Of a stretch of 13,565 bases of DNA, positions 6,324 to 13,565 are shown piece by piece. Every line of letters begins with the position of its first letter. Position 1 is the stretch's first letter. The DNA is from Candidatus Dadabacteria bacterium (GTDB lineage Bacteria; Desulfobacterota_D; UBA1144; Nemesobacterales; CSP1-2). The notes beneath the pieces were generated by a model. That model worked only from the letters and a program-made list of their open reading frames with translations, had not been told where the DNA came from and did not search any database. The position numbers were made by a program, and so were the translations under genes. The DNA lies in assembly GCA_040289575.1 (NCBI GenBank), contig PSLL01000004.1, positions 12,228 to 25,792 of the forward strand, given 5' to 3'.

Positions 6324-7423
6324 GATATGATGTTTACTCCCTGTAAATTTTGAGAAGTTATTTTTCTTATAATCGCTCCTATGGTCTTGGTTATGGGACT
6401 TCCTTGTCCAAGGCTACCCGTAGATGTAATAGTGAACACATCGCTTTTGCCCGTGCTTAAAACAACACCACTTAAGCCCGCACTGATTGGAATTGACGGA
6501 TCGACATTCTCCGCCTGCACTATTTCGCGCACCTTTCTCTGATCAATTACGGGACTATCTTTTCTCTCATCTATCACGGCATCGGCGATGCTTTCTGCGG
6601 CGTCATCTCTGAGCTCCTCTTGAAAGGCGCTCCCTTGCCTTTGAAAAACCGGGACTGATGCACCCTTGAGTGCAGCCATCATCACGACCTTGGGAGCAGT
6701 ACTGAAATTTATCTTTTTATCCGTCGGATAAACCGTAACGTAGTCTTTAATCTTATTGAAAAAATCATCATCCATTCCACTTATCAGTCGAATTTCTTCA
6801 ACACTATCGAGCGGTCCATCTTTTATCTGATAAGGATTTTGGAGCTTCGCATAGAACTCGGCATTTGCTCCATTCGGGTCCTGGTCGTTATTTTGCTGCC
6901 CCGATATTGGATGATCAAGCCAATTGATTAGGCTCGAGATAAAACGCGAGGATTTACTACTATCTACTCCGACCATTCTGAAAAGCTCTGTAATCTCCAC
7001 AAGCACCTGACGGTCAACTTGATTCGTAATCTGATTTACAAGTGCGTTTAGGTTCACCTTTGAGCGTTCATCAGTAACCACAACGGATGCAACCCCATCT
7101 CCAACTGGGAAGAATGGAACCCTAATACTCCAGTATCCCTGGGAATTCCCACTTTGGTCGCCGAACGGGCCGGCGATTAATGTTAGATTCTCAAGAGATT
7201 CATTCTTTATTGTTCCTGCAAGCACATATACACCGGACTTTGCAATGTAATATGCTTTCATCTCATCCCTTGAATTGGCTGATATTTCCGTATTTATTTG
7301 TGTGAAATAGATGAGATCAACAACAAGAGTCGTAAGGATTGCAACTACGATAAGCACGATAATGAGTACAACGCCGCTTTCGGATTTCCTTTTTTTTCGT
7401 AGATTATTTTCTATAAAAGTCAT
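6308..7423 (-). CDS. gspK: Type II secretion minor pseudopilin GspK
   Basis: Basic leader, then SG|VVLIIVLIVVAILTTLV with no Glu5 (typical of GspK). DERSKVNLNAL, LINWLD, PLDSVEEIRLISG, KINFSTAP. Follows gspJ. Confidence 0.93.
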   Translation of the reverse strand: MTFIENNLRKKRKSESGVVLIIVLIVVAILTTLVVDLIYFTQINTEISANSRDEMKAYYIAKSGVYVLAGTIKNESLENLTLIAGPFGDQSGNSQGYWSIRVPFFPVGDGVASVVVTDERSKVNLNALVNQITNQVDRQVLVEITELFRMVGVDSSKSSRFISSLINWLDHPISGQQNNDQDPNGANAEFYAKLQNPYQIKDGPLDSVEEIRLISGMDDDFFNKIKDYVTVYPTDKKINFSTAPKVVMMAALKGASVPVFQRQGSAFQEELRDDAAESIADAVIDERKDSPVIDQRKVREIVQAENVDPSIPISAGLSGVVLSTGKSDVFTITSTGSLGQGSPITKTIGAIIRKITSQNLQGVNIISWKDR

Positions 7424-7438
7424 AACTTAATTATAATT

Positions 7439-7465
7439 GTAGGAACAATCGCCAAGGATTGTTCC
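7439..7465. repeat. Intergenic GTAG-led hairpin (REP-like) between gspJ and gspK
   Basis: GTA-GGAACAATC-GCCAAG-GATTGTTCC: 9-bp perfect stem, 6-nt loop, no U-tract on the sense strand. Confidence 0.5.
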
Positions 7466-7530
7466 CATTCCAGGCAAATACCAAGATACACACATACAAG
7501 CGCATGAATCCTATTACCGATTAATCCCTT

Positions 7531-8277
7531 TTAATCCGCTATAGGAATTAACACAATAGAATCAAACTCAAAGTCCTCCCCCTTGATGCTTCTCAGGATT
7601 AATGTTATGTCAACGGCTCTTGGAAGAGAGCCTGTTTGTGCTGAATCCCACTCATTTACAAATTCATCTGCATCAGTCCTCATGTATGTAAGAGTAAATC
7701 CCACTACGCGCTCAGAAAGCGGATATTCAATTGCTCCAGAGTCACTCCCTATCCTTGGATTCTCACTTCTCATTAGGAAAAAGAGGCTGCTCTGTGGAAC
7801 TGGCTTCAGGTAATATTTGATCTCAGCCTGATCGGAGTCCCCAGAGTTTACCCCCGGCGAGTGGGATAGAGACATAAAATCAATTGAACTAAGCTCCCTC
7901 TGTTCTCCCCCCCCTCTTCCAACAAAAAAAGATGATGCGGAAGCACCCTGAACCGGATAAATCATGCCCCTAGGATATGCCATTGATAAGTCTTCGGTCA
8001 TCTTAGAGATAATAACCCTTGCCTCGTGATAAAGTTCGAGCTTGTCTTCGGCGGAATCCTTTGCGTTTATGATTTGGAAGAAAGAGGCGTAAAGAACGGT
8101 TAAAACTATTGACCCAATAAAAACGGCAAGAAGTACTTCAATTAGTGTAAACCCAAGGGTCCCGCGGCATCCCCGCCCCAGATCGGCAGATTGGGAATCC
8201 AGAGGGAGAATTCTTAGGGAACCACTACTTGAGGTTAGCCATTGCCAATGTGAGTTCAAATTTCTTTCTCCCTTCAT
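7531..8277 (-). CDS. gspJ: Type II secretion minor pseudopilin GspJ
   Basis: Prepilin motif LG|FTLIEVLLAVFI, EARVIISKMTEDL, W(D)S...LPRAVDITL. The start is uncertain: the nearest in-frame ATG is 8277 (inside gspI), and the ORF extends to 8331. Confidence 0.88.
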   Translation of the reverse strand: MKGERNLNSHWQWLTSSSGSLRILPLDSQSADLGRGCRGTLGFTLIEVLLAVFIGSIVLTVLYASFFQIINAKDSAEDKLELYHEARVIISKMTEDLSMAYPRGMIYPVQGASASSFFVGRGGGEQRELSSIDFMSLSHSPGVNSGDSDQAEIKYYLKPVPQSSLFFLMRSENPRIGSDSGAIEYPLSERVVGFTLTYMRTDADEFVNEWDSAQTGSLPRAVDITLILRSIKGEDFEFDSIVLIPIAD

Positions 8278-8647
8278 CCCAGGTAATAAGTAAGTCAACC
8301 GTTCTTGTTTCTGTATTGAGCCCAGGAACACTCGAAGGCACTATAGAGAGAAACCATTTAAATCCGGGTGCATCCGTGAAATCCCCCTGATCCTGACTCT
8401 GATTGGGGAACCCCCCAAGTTCGATTTCTGCGAGTTTCCGCTGTGCAAGAATCTCAGCAATGACAAGGTCTTTTGACTGAGAGGCAAGGATTAAGTTTCT
8501 ATCTACAGAACCCAAAAGCACGGCAAGCGCAGAGCCAAGTATTGCAACGGCGACGAGAACCTCAAGGAGAAGAAATCCCGAATCCATTGTAGAGGAACAA
8601 AATTCTGCTCTTCTACTTCTATTTCTGAAAAAGGTCAACATATTCAT
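8225..8647 (-). CDS. gspI: Type II secretion minor pseudopilin GspI
   Basis: SG|FLLLEVLVAVAILG prepilin motif, AEILAQRKLAEIEL, G.F...PGFKW...V.L.ITW. The start may be 8647, 8641 or 8587. Confidence 0.88.
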   Translation of the reverse strand: MNMLTFFRNRSRRAEFCSSTMDSGFLLLEVLVAVAILGSALAVLLGSVDRNLILASQSKDLVIAEILAQRKLAEIELGGFPNQSQDQGDFTDAPGFKWFLSIVPSSVPGLNTETRTVDLLITWDEGRKKFELTLAMANLK

Positions 8648-9131
8648 CCAGAACGATGGTTCCCCCAGTATAGGGCTTTGTAGCTACTGTATAATCAATG
8701 CCCCCTTCTGTCTCAAGATGTATCACGGCAGGCTCAACAAATCCGGTCGGCATAAACAGTATATATTCTCCGCTTCCCTTTACACTCTTTCCACGGCTTC
8801 GTTGTGTTATTATATCCTTAAAATAGACGCCATCAGGAAGCCTCTTTACCCCTAAAAGAGGGTCGTCCGTAGTCACCTTAAATTCGTTTCCATCGAGAAC
8901 CTGTACCCAGTACTCACCGTTATCAATGTCAAAGGCGAGTTTATAGATAGTCTTCTTAAAAACGGCCTCACTGTATAGGTACATTATGATTCCACTCAGC
9001 CTTCGGGATGCGCTCTTAATATTTACCTCGCTGATACCCTTAAACTTTGGTATAGCTACCAATAAGAAAGCACCTATCAGAACAACCACCACGACAAGTT
9101 CTATGAGCGTAAAACCCCTATTATCTTTCAT
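8619..9131 (-). CDS. gspH: Type II secretion minor pseudopilin GspH
   Basis: MKDNRG|FTLIELVVVVVLIG...PK...SASRRL...EAV...F.PTG. ATGA overlap with the gspG stop. Confidence 0.88.
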   Translation of the reverse strand: MKDNRGFTLIELVVVVVLIGAFLLVAIPKFKGISEVNIKSASRRLSGIIMYLYSEAVFKKTIYKLAFDIDNGEYWVQVLDGNEFKVTTDDPLLGVKRLPDGVYFKDIITQRSRGKSVKGSGEYILFMPTGFVEPAVIHLETEGGIDYTVATKPYTGGTIVLDEYVDLFQK

Positions 9132-9559
9132 CGAATGTTCCGACTCGATATATCGTCGTCGCTTGGATAAACACCATCGGGCCCTGGCGATACAATCTCA
9201 TAAGATCCGTCCTGGGTTTGGTCGGGACCTATGTATTTAAAGTCGTTCCCCCATTGATCCTTTGGGACCTTACCACCTTCGAGGTATCCTTCCCTTGCAT
9301 AGTTTTGGGGAATTCGCCCGACAGTCGGAGGGACAACCAGAGCCTCAAGCCCCTGCTGAGTTTCGGGATAGAATCCGTTGTCGAGTTTAAACTGTTTTAA
9401 TGCGGTCTCAAGCTGTTTGATTTGAATCTTTGTAGTCTCAATCCTTGCTTTTTCAAGCCTACCTATAACGTTCGTACTTACTATATATACAAGCCCTGCA
9501 ATGATGACAAGAACAACCATGATTTCAATAAGTGTAAAACCGCCTTCTTTTGACATCAT
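9128..9559 (-). CDS. gspG: Type II secretion major pseudopilin GspG
   Basis: GG|FTLIEIMVVLVII, ALKQFKLDNGFYPETQQGLEALV, PKDQWGNDFKY, S.GPDG...DDDI. AGGAGG RBS at 9574-9569. Confidence 0.96.
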   Translation of the reverse strand: MMSKEGGFTLIEIMVVLVIIAGLVYIVSTNVIGRLEKARIETTKIQIKQLETALKQFKLDNGFYPETQQGLEALVVPPTVGRIPQNYAREGYLEGGKVPKDQWGNDFKYIGPDQTQDGSYEIVSPGPDGVYPSDDDISSRNIR

Positions 9560-9580
9560 TTTTCAAATCCTCCTAAGGAC

Positions 9581-9610
9581 AACTAATTACGAATTCATTC
9601 GTGATTAGTT
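9581..9610. repeat. Intergenic inverted repeat between gspF and gspG
   Basis: AACTAATTACGAAT-TC-ATTCGTGATTAGTT: 14-bp arms with 1 mismatch. A further AATTCGTAG unit follows at about 9616. Confidence 0.65.
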
Positions 9611-9639
9611 ATGTCAATTCGTAGCTAAGCATTTCACCT

Positions 9640-10848
9640 TTACCTGCCGATAGTAGATGTTAAATCAAATATGGGAAGAAGAACTGCAAAAACTATAAAT
9701 CCGATAACCACACCGATTGCGAGTATCATAACAGGCTCAAGTAGAGACGTAAGCGTAGAGACCGAGGTTTCAATCTGAAGATCGTATATGTTTGCGATCT
9801 TTGAGAGCATCTCCTCCAGTTCCCCGGTCTGTTCACCTACGGTTATCATTCGCGTCATAAGCGGTGGGAACACGCCGCTTTCTTTCAAAGGACCCGCAAG
9901 ACTCGCTCCCTCCCTTACGTTTTCACGAACTCTCTTTAGGGTTTCGACATAGACCGAATTTCCTAATACCGCCTCCCCAATTTCGAGCGCATCGAGGAGC
10001 GGGATTCCGCTACCAAGAAGGGTCCCGAGCGTACGCGTGAATCTCGATATTATGACCATTTTTACGATCTTCCCAAATATTGGGAGCCTAAGAATCAAAC
10101 GATCAAATAATGCACCCCCGCGCTCTGTCTTACTGAATCGGTAGACAATAAAAACCAAACCGACAAACAAAAGGGAAAGGGCAACAAAATTCTGACTTAG
10201 AAAACCGCTGAGCTTTATAAGCACTATTGTGATAAGCGGCAGGGCTTTTCGGCTTTCTTCAAATATCTTTGCTATCTTAGGAATAATGTATGTCATCATA
10301 AAAAAGAGAACGCCGCTTCCTATGAAGAACATAAATATCGGATAAATAAGCGCGCTTCTTATGCGTGATCGAAGAGCCATCTGCTTCTCAAGAAAATCTG
10401 CAAGCCTAAGGAGCACAATATCGAGCGTGCCGCTCGCCTCACCCGCCTTTACGATGTTTATATAGAGATTAGAGAATACATTTGGATGCTCTCTGAGCGC
10501 ACCGGCTAAAGAGCTACCCTCACTTACCCTCTCTCTTACATGGGTAAGTACCTGGCTGAGTTTTACATCCTCTGTCTGTTCAGAGAGAGCTACAAGAGAC
10601 GCTTCGAGCGGAAACCCAGCAGAAATAAGCGTAGAGAATTGCCTCGTCGTTACCACAAGCTCTCCCGCATTTATCCCCTTAAATAGGAAAAACCTTCTTG
10701 CCTTCTCCTTCTTAACCTCACCGAGAGAAGAGAGAAAGATATTTTGACGCTTCAGCTTCTCAGTTGCTGCCTTGGGAGATTCGGCGTCTATAGTCCCCTG
10801 TACCGTCTTTCCCCTTTCATTAATCGCTTTGTATTTATAAACAGGCAT
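9640..10848 (-). CDS. gspF: Type II secretion inner-membrane platform protein GspF
   Basis: 402 aa. MPVYKYKA, TRQFSTLISAG, AGEASGTLD, ALIYP, RFTRTLGTLLGSGIPLL, GEQTGELEEML, LLEP; three hydrophobic segments. Confidence 0.96.
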   Translation of the reverse strand: MPVYKYKAINERGKTVQGTIDAESPKAATEKLKRQNIFLSSLGEVKKEKARRFFLFKGINAGELVVTTRQFSTLISAGFPLEASLVALSEQTEDVKLSQVLTHVRERVSEGSSLAGALREHPNVFSNLYINIVKAGEASGTLDIVLLRLADFLEKQMALRSRIRSALIYPIFMFFIGSGVLFFMMTYIIPKIAKIFEESRKALPLITIVLIKLSGFLSQNFVALSLLFVGLVFIVYRFSKTERGGALFDRLILRLPIFGKIVKMVIISRFTRTLGTLLGSGIPLLDALEIGEAVLGNSVYVETLKRVRENVREGASLAGPLKESGVFPPLMTRMITVGEQTGELEEMLSKIANIYDLQIETSVSTLTSLLEPVMILAIGVVIGFIVFAVLLPIFDLTSTIGR

Positions 10849-10857
10849 CTTTTAAAA

Positions 10858-10922
10858 TCAGAACAGAATACAGGAGTCAGAAGCTTTCTTCTGAATTCCG
10901 AATTCTGACTCCCAAATTCTAA
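10858..10922. repeat. Inverted arrays of degenerate heptamer repeats between gspE and gspF
   Basis: CAGAATA CAGGAGT CAGAAGC faces TTCTGAA TTCCGAA TTCTGAC TCCCAAA TTCT. Perfect 10-bp arms GGAGTCAGAA (10873-10882) and TTCTGACTCC (10903-10912). Confidence 0.7.
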
Positions 10923-12623
10923 TTACATCTCATCCTCTTCCGTAACGCGCATGACTTCATCTATTGAAGTTAAGCCCTTTAGAATCTTTCCCGCACCGTC
11001 CATTCTGAGTGTAGTCATACCATGCTCAATTGCCTTTTTCTTTATCGTCGTAGAGTCCGCCGTACTCATCGTAAGGCCACGAATCTCCTCATCAACTAGG
11101 AGAATTTCAAATATCCCGCTTCTTCCGCTGTAACCCGTACCTAAACACTCATTGCAGCCCTTTGCATGATATAGCCTCCCCCCCGGAAGCTCACTTCTAT
11201 CAATATCTATTCTTCTTAGCTCATCTTCAAGCGGCGTATAAAGCTCTTTGCATGAGCTGCAGAGAAACCGGATGAGCCTTTGTGCCACAACTGCAACGAG
11301 GGAAGACGCTACAAGAAACGGTTCAATTCCCATATCTATAAGCCTCGTTATCGCGCTTGCCGAGTCGTTTGTATGGAGTGTAGAAAAAACAAGGTGGCCT
11401 GTAAGCGATGCGTGAATCGCAATATCCGCAGTTTCTCTGTCTCTGATTTCACCTACTAAAATTACATCCGGGTCTTGGCGGAGAATGGATCTCAGGCCAT
11501 TTGCAAATGTAAGATTCACCTTTGGATTTACCTGAATCTGATTTATCCCCTGAATCTGATACTCAATAGGGTCTTCAATCGTTATAATCTTTTTATCGGG
11601 AGAATTAATCCTCTCAAGAGCGGCATAAAGAGTCGTCGTTTTTCCGCTTCCTGTAGGACCGGTGACAAGAATAATTCCGTGCGGGCGATGAATGAGTGAA
11701 TTTATCGTATCGAGTTTTTTGCCCTCAAATCCCAATTCCTCCAACTCAAGGAGAACTGTAGAGCGGTCAAGGAGCCTCATCACAACGCTCTCTCCGTGTG
11801 AAGTGGGGACAGCAGATATACGGACGTCAACATCGCGCCCCGCAATCTTTACACGAATCCTTCCATCCTGGGGCTTTCTCTTCTCTGCGATATCAAGCTC
11901 AGCCATAATCTTTACCCTTGATATAATGGACGACTGGAGCCTTCTCGGAACCGCCGTCACTTTGTGGAGAATCCCGTCTTTCCTAAACCTCACTACCATA
12001 TCTTTTTCAAAGCACTCTATGTGAATGTCGCTTGCCCTCTCCTTTACCGCCTGAAAAAGGAGAGAGTTTACAAACCTGATTATCGGTGCTTCATCCTCTG
12101 CCTCAAGGAGATCTTTAGGCTCCTGAAACTCGGACTCTATAATCCCTATGGTTCCATTTTCAATCTCATCTCTCATCTCCGTTCCGCGCTCATAGACCCT
12201 ATTTATGCAGTCTATAACTACGGGGCCGAGCGCAAGAAACGGCTCTACTTCGCATCCAAAAAGAGACCTTACCTCATCAAGTGCATAGAGGTCGAGCGGC
12301 GGGGCAAAGACCACTACGATCTTCCCATCCCCTCTCTTTAATGGAATCAGTTTGAACCTTTTTGCAAAGCTTATGGGAATGAGCTTTATAAGCTCCGGAT
12401 CAATCTCCCTTTCGGATATGGCGCTTATATAAGGAATCCCATAGAATTCTGAAAGAACCTCTAGAGCCTCTCCATCGTCTAAGATCTTTGATTTCAAAAA
12501 TGCCTCTTCAAACTTTTCGCCGTTTTTATTTTTGATTATATCATCAATCTTCCCCCGTGCCTCAGGGGCCCTCTCGATTATTATCTCCTCAAGCCTCTTC
12601 ACATCAATATCCCCCTTTTTCAA
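10923..12623 (-). CDS. gspE: Type II secretion ATPase GspE
   Basis: APIIRFVN, ASDIHIE, LDIAEKRKPQDGRI, Walker A GPTGSGKTTTLY, TIEDPIEY, LRQDPDVILVGEIRD, TGHLVFSTLHTN, tetracysteine CSSC/CNEC. The start is either TTG 12623 or GTG 12602 (after GGGGGA, just past the gspD stop). Confidence 0.97.
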   Translation of the reverse strand: MKKGDIDVKRLEEIIIERAPEARGKIDDIIKNKNGEKFEEAFLKSKILDDGEALEVLSEFYGIPYISAISEREIDPELIKLIPISFAKRFKLIPLKRGDGKIVVVFAPPLDLYALDEVRSLFGCEVEPFLALGPVVIDCINRVYERGTEMRDEIENGTIGIIESEFQEPKDLLEAEDEAPIIRFVNSLLFQAVKERASDIHIECFEKDMVVRFRKDGILHKVTAVPRRLQSSIISRVKIMAELDIAEKRKPQDGRIRVKIAGRDVDVRISAVPTSHGESVVMRLLDRSTVLLELEELGFEGKKLDTINSLIHRPHGIILVTGPTGSGKTTTLYAALERINSPDKKIITIEDPIEYQIQGINQIQVNPKVNLTFANGLRSILRQDPDVILVGEIRDRETADIAIHASLTGHLVFSTLHTNDSASAITRLIDMGIEPFLVASSLVAVVAQRLIRFLCSSCKELYTPLEDELRRIDIDRSELPGGRLYHAKGCNECLGTGYSGRSGIFEILLVDEEIRGLTMSTADSTTIKKKAIEHGMTTLRMDGAGKILKGLTSIDEVMRVTEEDEM

Positions 12624-13565
12624 ACCTCTTTTGCTGAAGGATCATGTTCCGCCTCTGCCTATCCTCAAGGATTTTCTGCATATCGGATTCATCTTTAACT
12701 ATCTTTGGAGTAAGAAGGATCATAAGATTTACCTTGGTGACTTCTCTCGATTTAAACTTAAAGAGATAGCCAAGAATCGGAATATCGCCAAGGAGCGGAA
12801 CCTTGCTGACGTTTATGGTTTCTCTATCTTGAACAAGCCCTCCAATTACAATTGTTTGACCGTCTTTTACGACTACCGACGAATCGGCGCTTCTCGTGGT
12901 CGTTGCAATACCAAACTGCTGAGTATTGAGACCGGCAGGAGCAGTCGTTGTAGCAGAAACCTCCGTGTGTATGTTTAAACTCAAGTAATCGCCTTCGCCA
13001 ATCTGGGGAGTGATGTCAAGCAGTATGCCGACGGGTTCACGGTCTATAGTCTGTACAGTAACGCCAGTTTGTCCGACGGTGCTCCCTGTAGGAAAGGGAA
13101 TCACATCGGCTACGGTAATTTGTGCCTCCTCATTATCCCTGGTAAGAAGGCTGGGAGTAGAAAGAACATTAACATCATTCATAGAAGAAAGGGCCTGAAC
13201 AAGGGCACTATAGGCCGGGATCTTAACGCCGTTGATATTGACCGTTTTACCAACAACCCCCAGGAATAACCCGTTTACACCTCCAAGCGAGGTTGCAAAA
13301 GACTGAGGGCTTGCCGCAACTCCAAGAAGGCTCGGCAATCCAGGAAGATTAGTTCCGGCAAAGCCGCCTCCATTATGATCAAATGCAAAACCGAGGCTGA
13401 AGCTCGTCCCAAGCGCCCTTAGCCTGTCGAGGCTTACTTCGAGTATCGCAGCCTCAACAAAAACCTGTTTCCTTCTTATGTCCAACTCATCAATAACCTT
13501 TTTTATAGTTTCATAATCCCTGCGCGAGCCTACAATTATAATAGAATTTGTAGCAGGGTCGGCGG
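12604..13565 (-). CDS. gspD: Type II secretion secretin GspD; partial, 5' end lies beyond the right edge of the window
   Basis: The frame is open to the window edge: ADPATNSIIIVGSRRDYETIKKVIDELDIRRKQVFVEAAILEV (N3 domain end), NVLSTPSLLTRDNEEAQI, VGILLDITPQI, DGQTIVIGGL, KVPLLGDIPILGYLF, NLMILLTPKIV. Confidence 0.96.
   Translation of the reverse strand, partial: ADPATNSIIIVGSRRDYETIKKVIDELDIRRKQVFVEAAILEVSLDRLRALGTSFSLGFAFDHNGGGFAGTNLPGLPSLLGVAASPQSFATSLGGVNGLFLGVVGKTVNINGVKIPAYSALVQALSSMNDVNVLSTPSLLTRDNEEAQITVADVIPFPTGSTVGQTGVTVQTIDREPVGILLDITPQIGEGDYLSLNIHTEVSATTTAPAGLNTQQFGIATTTRSADSSVVVKDGQTIVIGGLVQDRETINVSKVPLLGDIPILGYLFKFKSREVTKVNLMILLTPKIVKDESDMQKILEDRQRRNMILQQKRFEKGGY

Noticed and set aside
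7907..7914. G8 tract in gspJ as a phase-variation site
   Set aside because: It is short and in frame, encodes a Gly-rich loop, and shows no evidence of slippage.
7583..13269. Plus-strand ORFs across the gsp operon
   Set aside because: All are antisense to well-supported gsp genes.
6308..13565. Type IV pilus or competence interpretation of the cluster
   Set aside because: The D-E-F-G-H-I-J-K order, the GspG-specific motifs and a GspK indicate T2SS, and no PilT or PilM-Q genes are seen.
1..13565. CRISPR arrays, tRNA/rRNA genes, transposases or integrases
   Set aside because: I saw no regularly spaced repeats, RNA-gene signatures or recombinase motifs by eye.

Overview
All supportable genes lie on the minus strand, so transcription runs right to left. 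The order is a type II secretion operon (partial gspD, then gspE, F, G, H, I, J, K), then a RavA/MoxR-type AAA+ ATPase overlapping the gspK stop. Next comes a ~1.3 kb decaying accessory patch that the ORF track mostly missed: a broken DUF4258/DUF2283-like toxin-antitoxin pair, a PPOX-class F420-dependent oxidoreductase, and a TIR-domain remnant abutting a PIN/VapC remnant. It is followed by an intact priA and the 5' part (321 codons, running off the left edge, not in the ORF track) of a radical SAM enzyme. That enzyme has the N-terminal metal-binding architecture of archaeal tetraether lipid synthase (Tes / GDGT-MAS, MJ0619 family). It has a strong AGGAGGTG RBS, a correctly spaced sigma54 (-24/-12) promoter and two related upstream GCACA-N4-TGTGC palindromes. 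This suggests a bacterial membrane-spanning-lipid synthase homolog under enhancer-dependent control, which is the best lead in the window. The host is a diderm bacterium (secretin plus T2SS); a Desulfobacterota/Dadabacteria-like origin is only my impression. Family assignments come from manual translation and remembered motifs; no searches were run.
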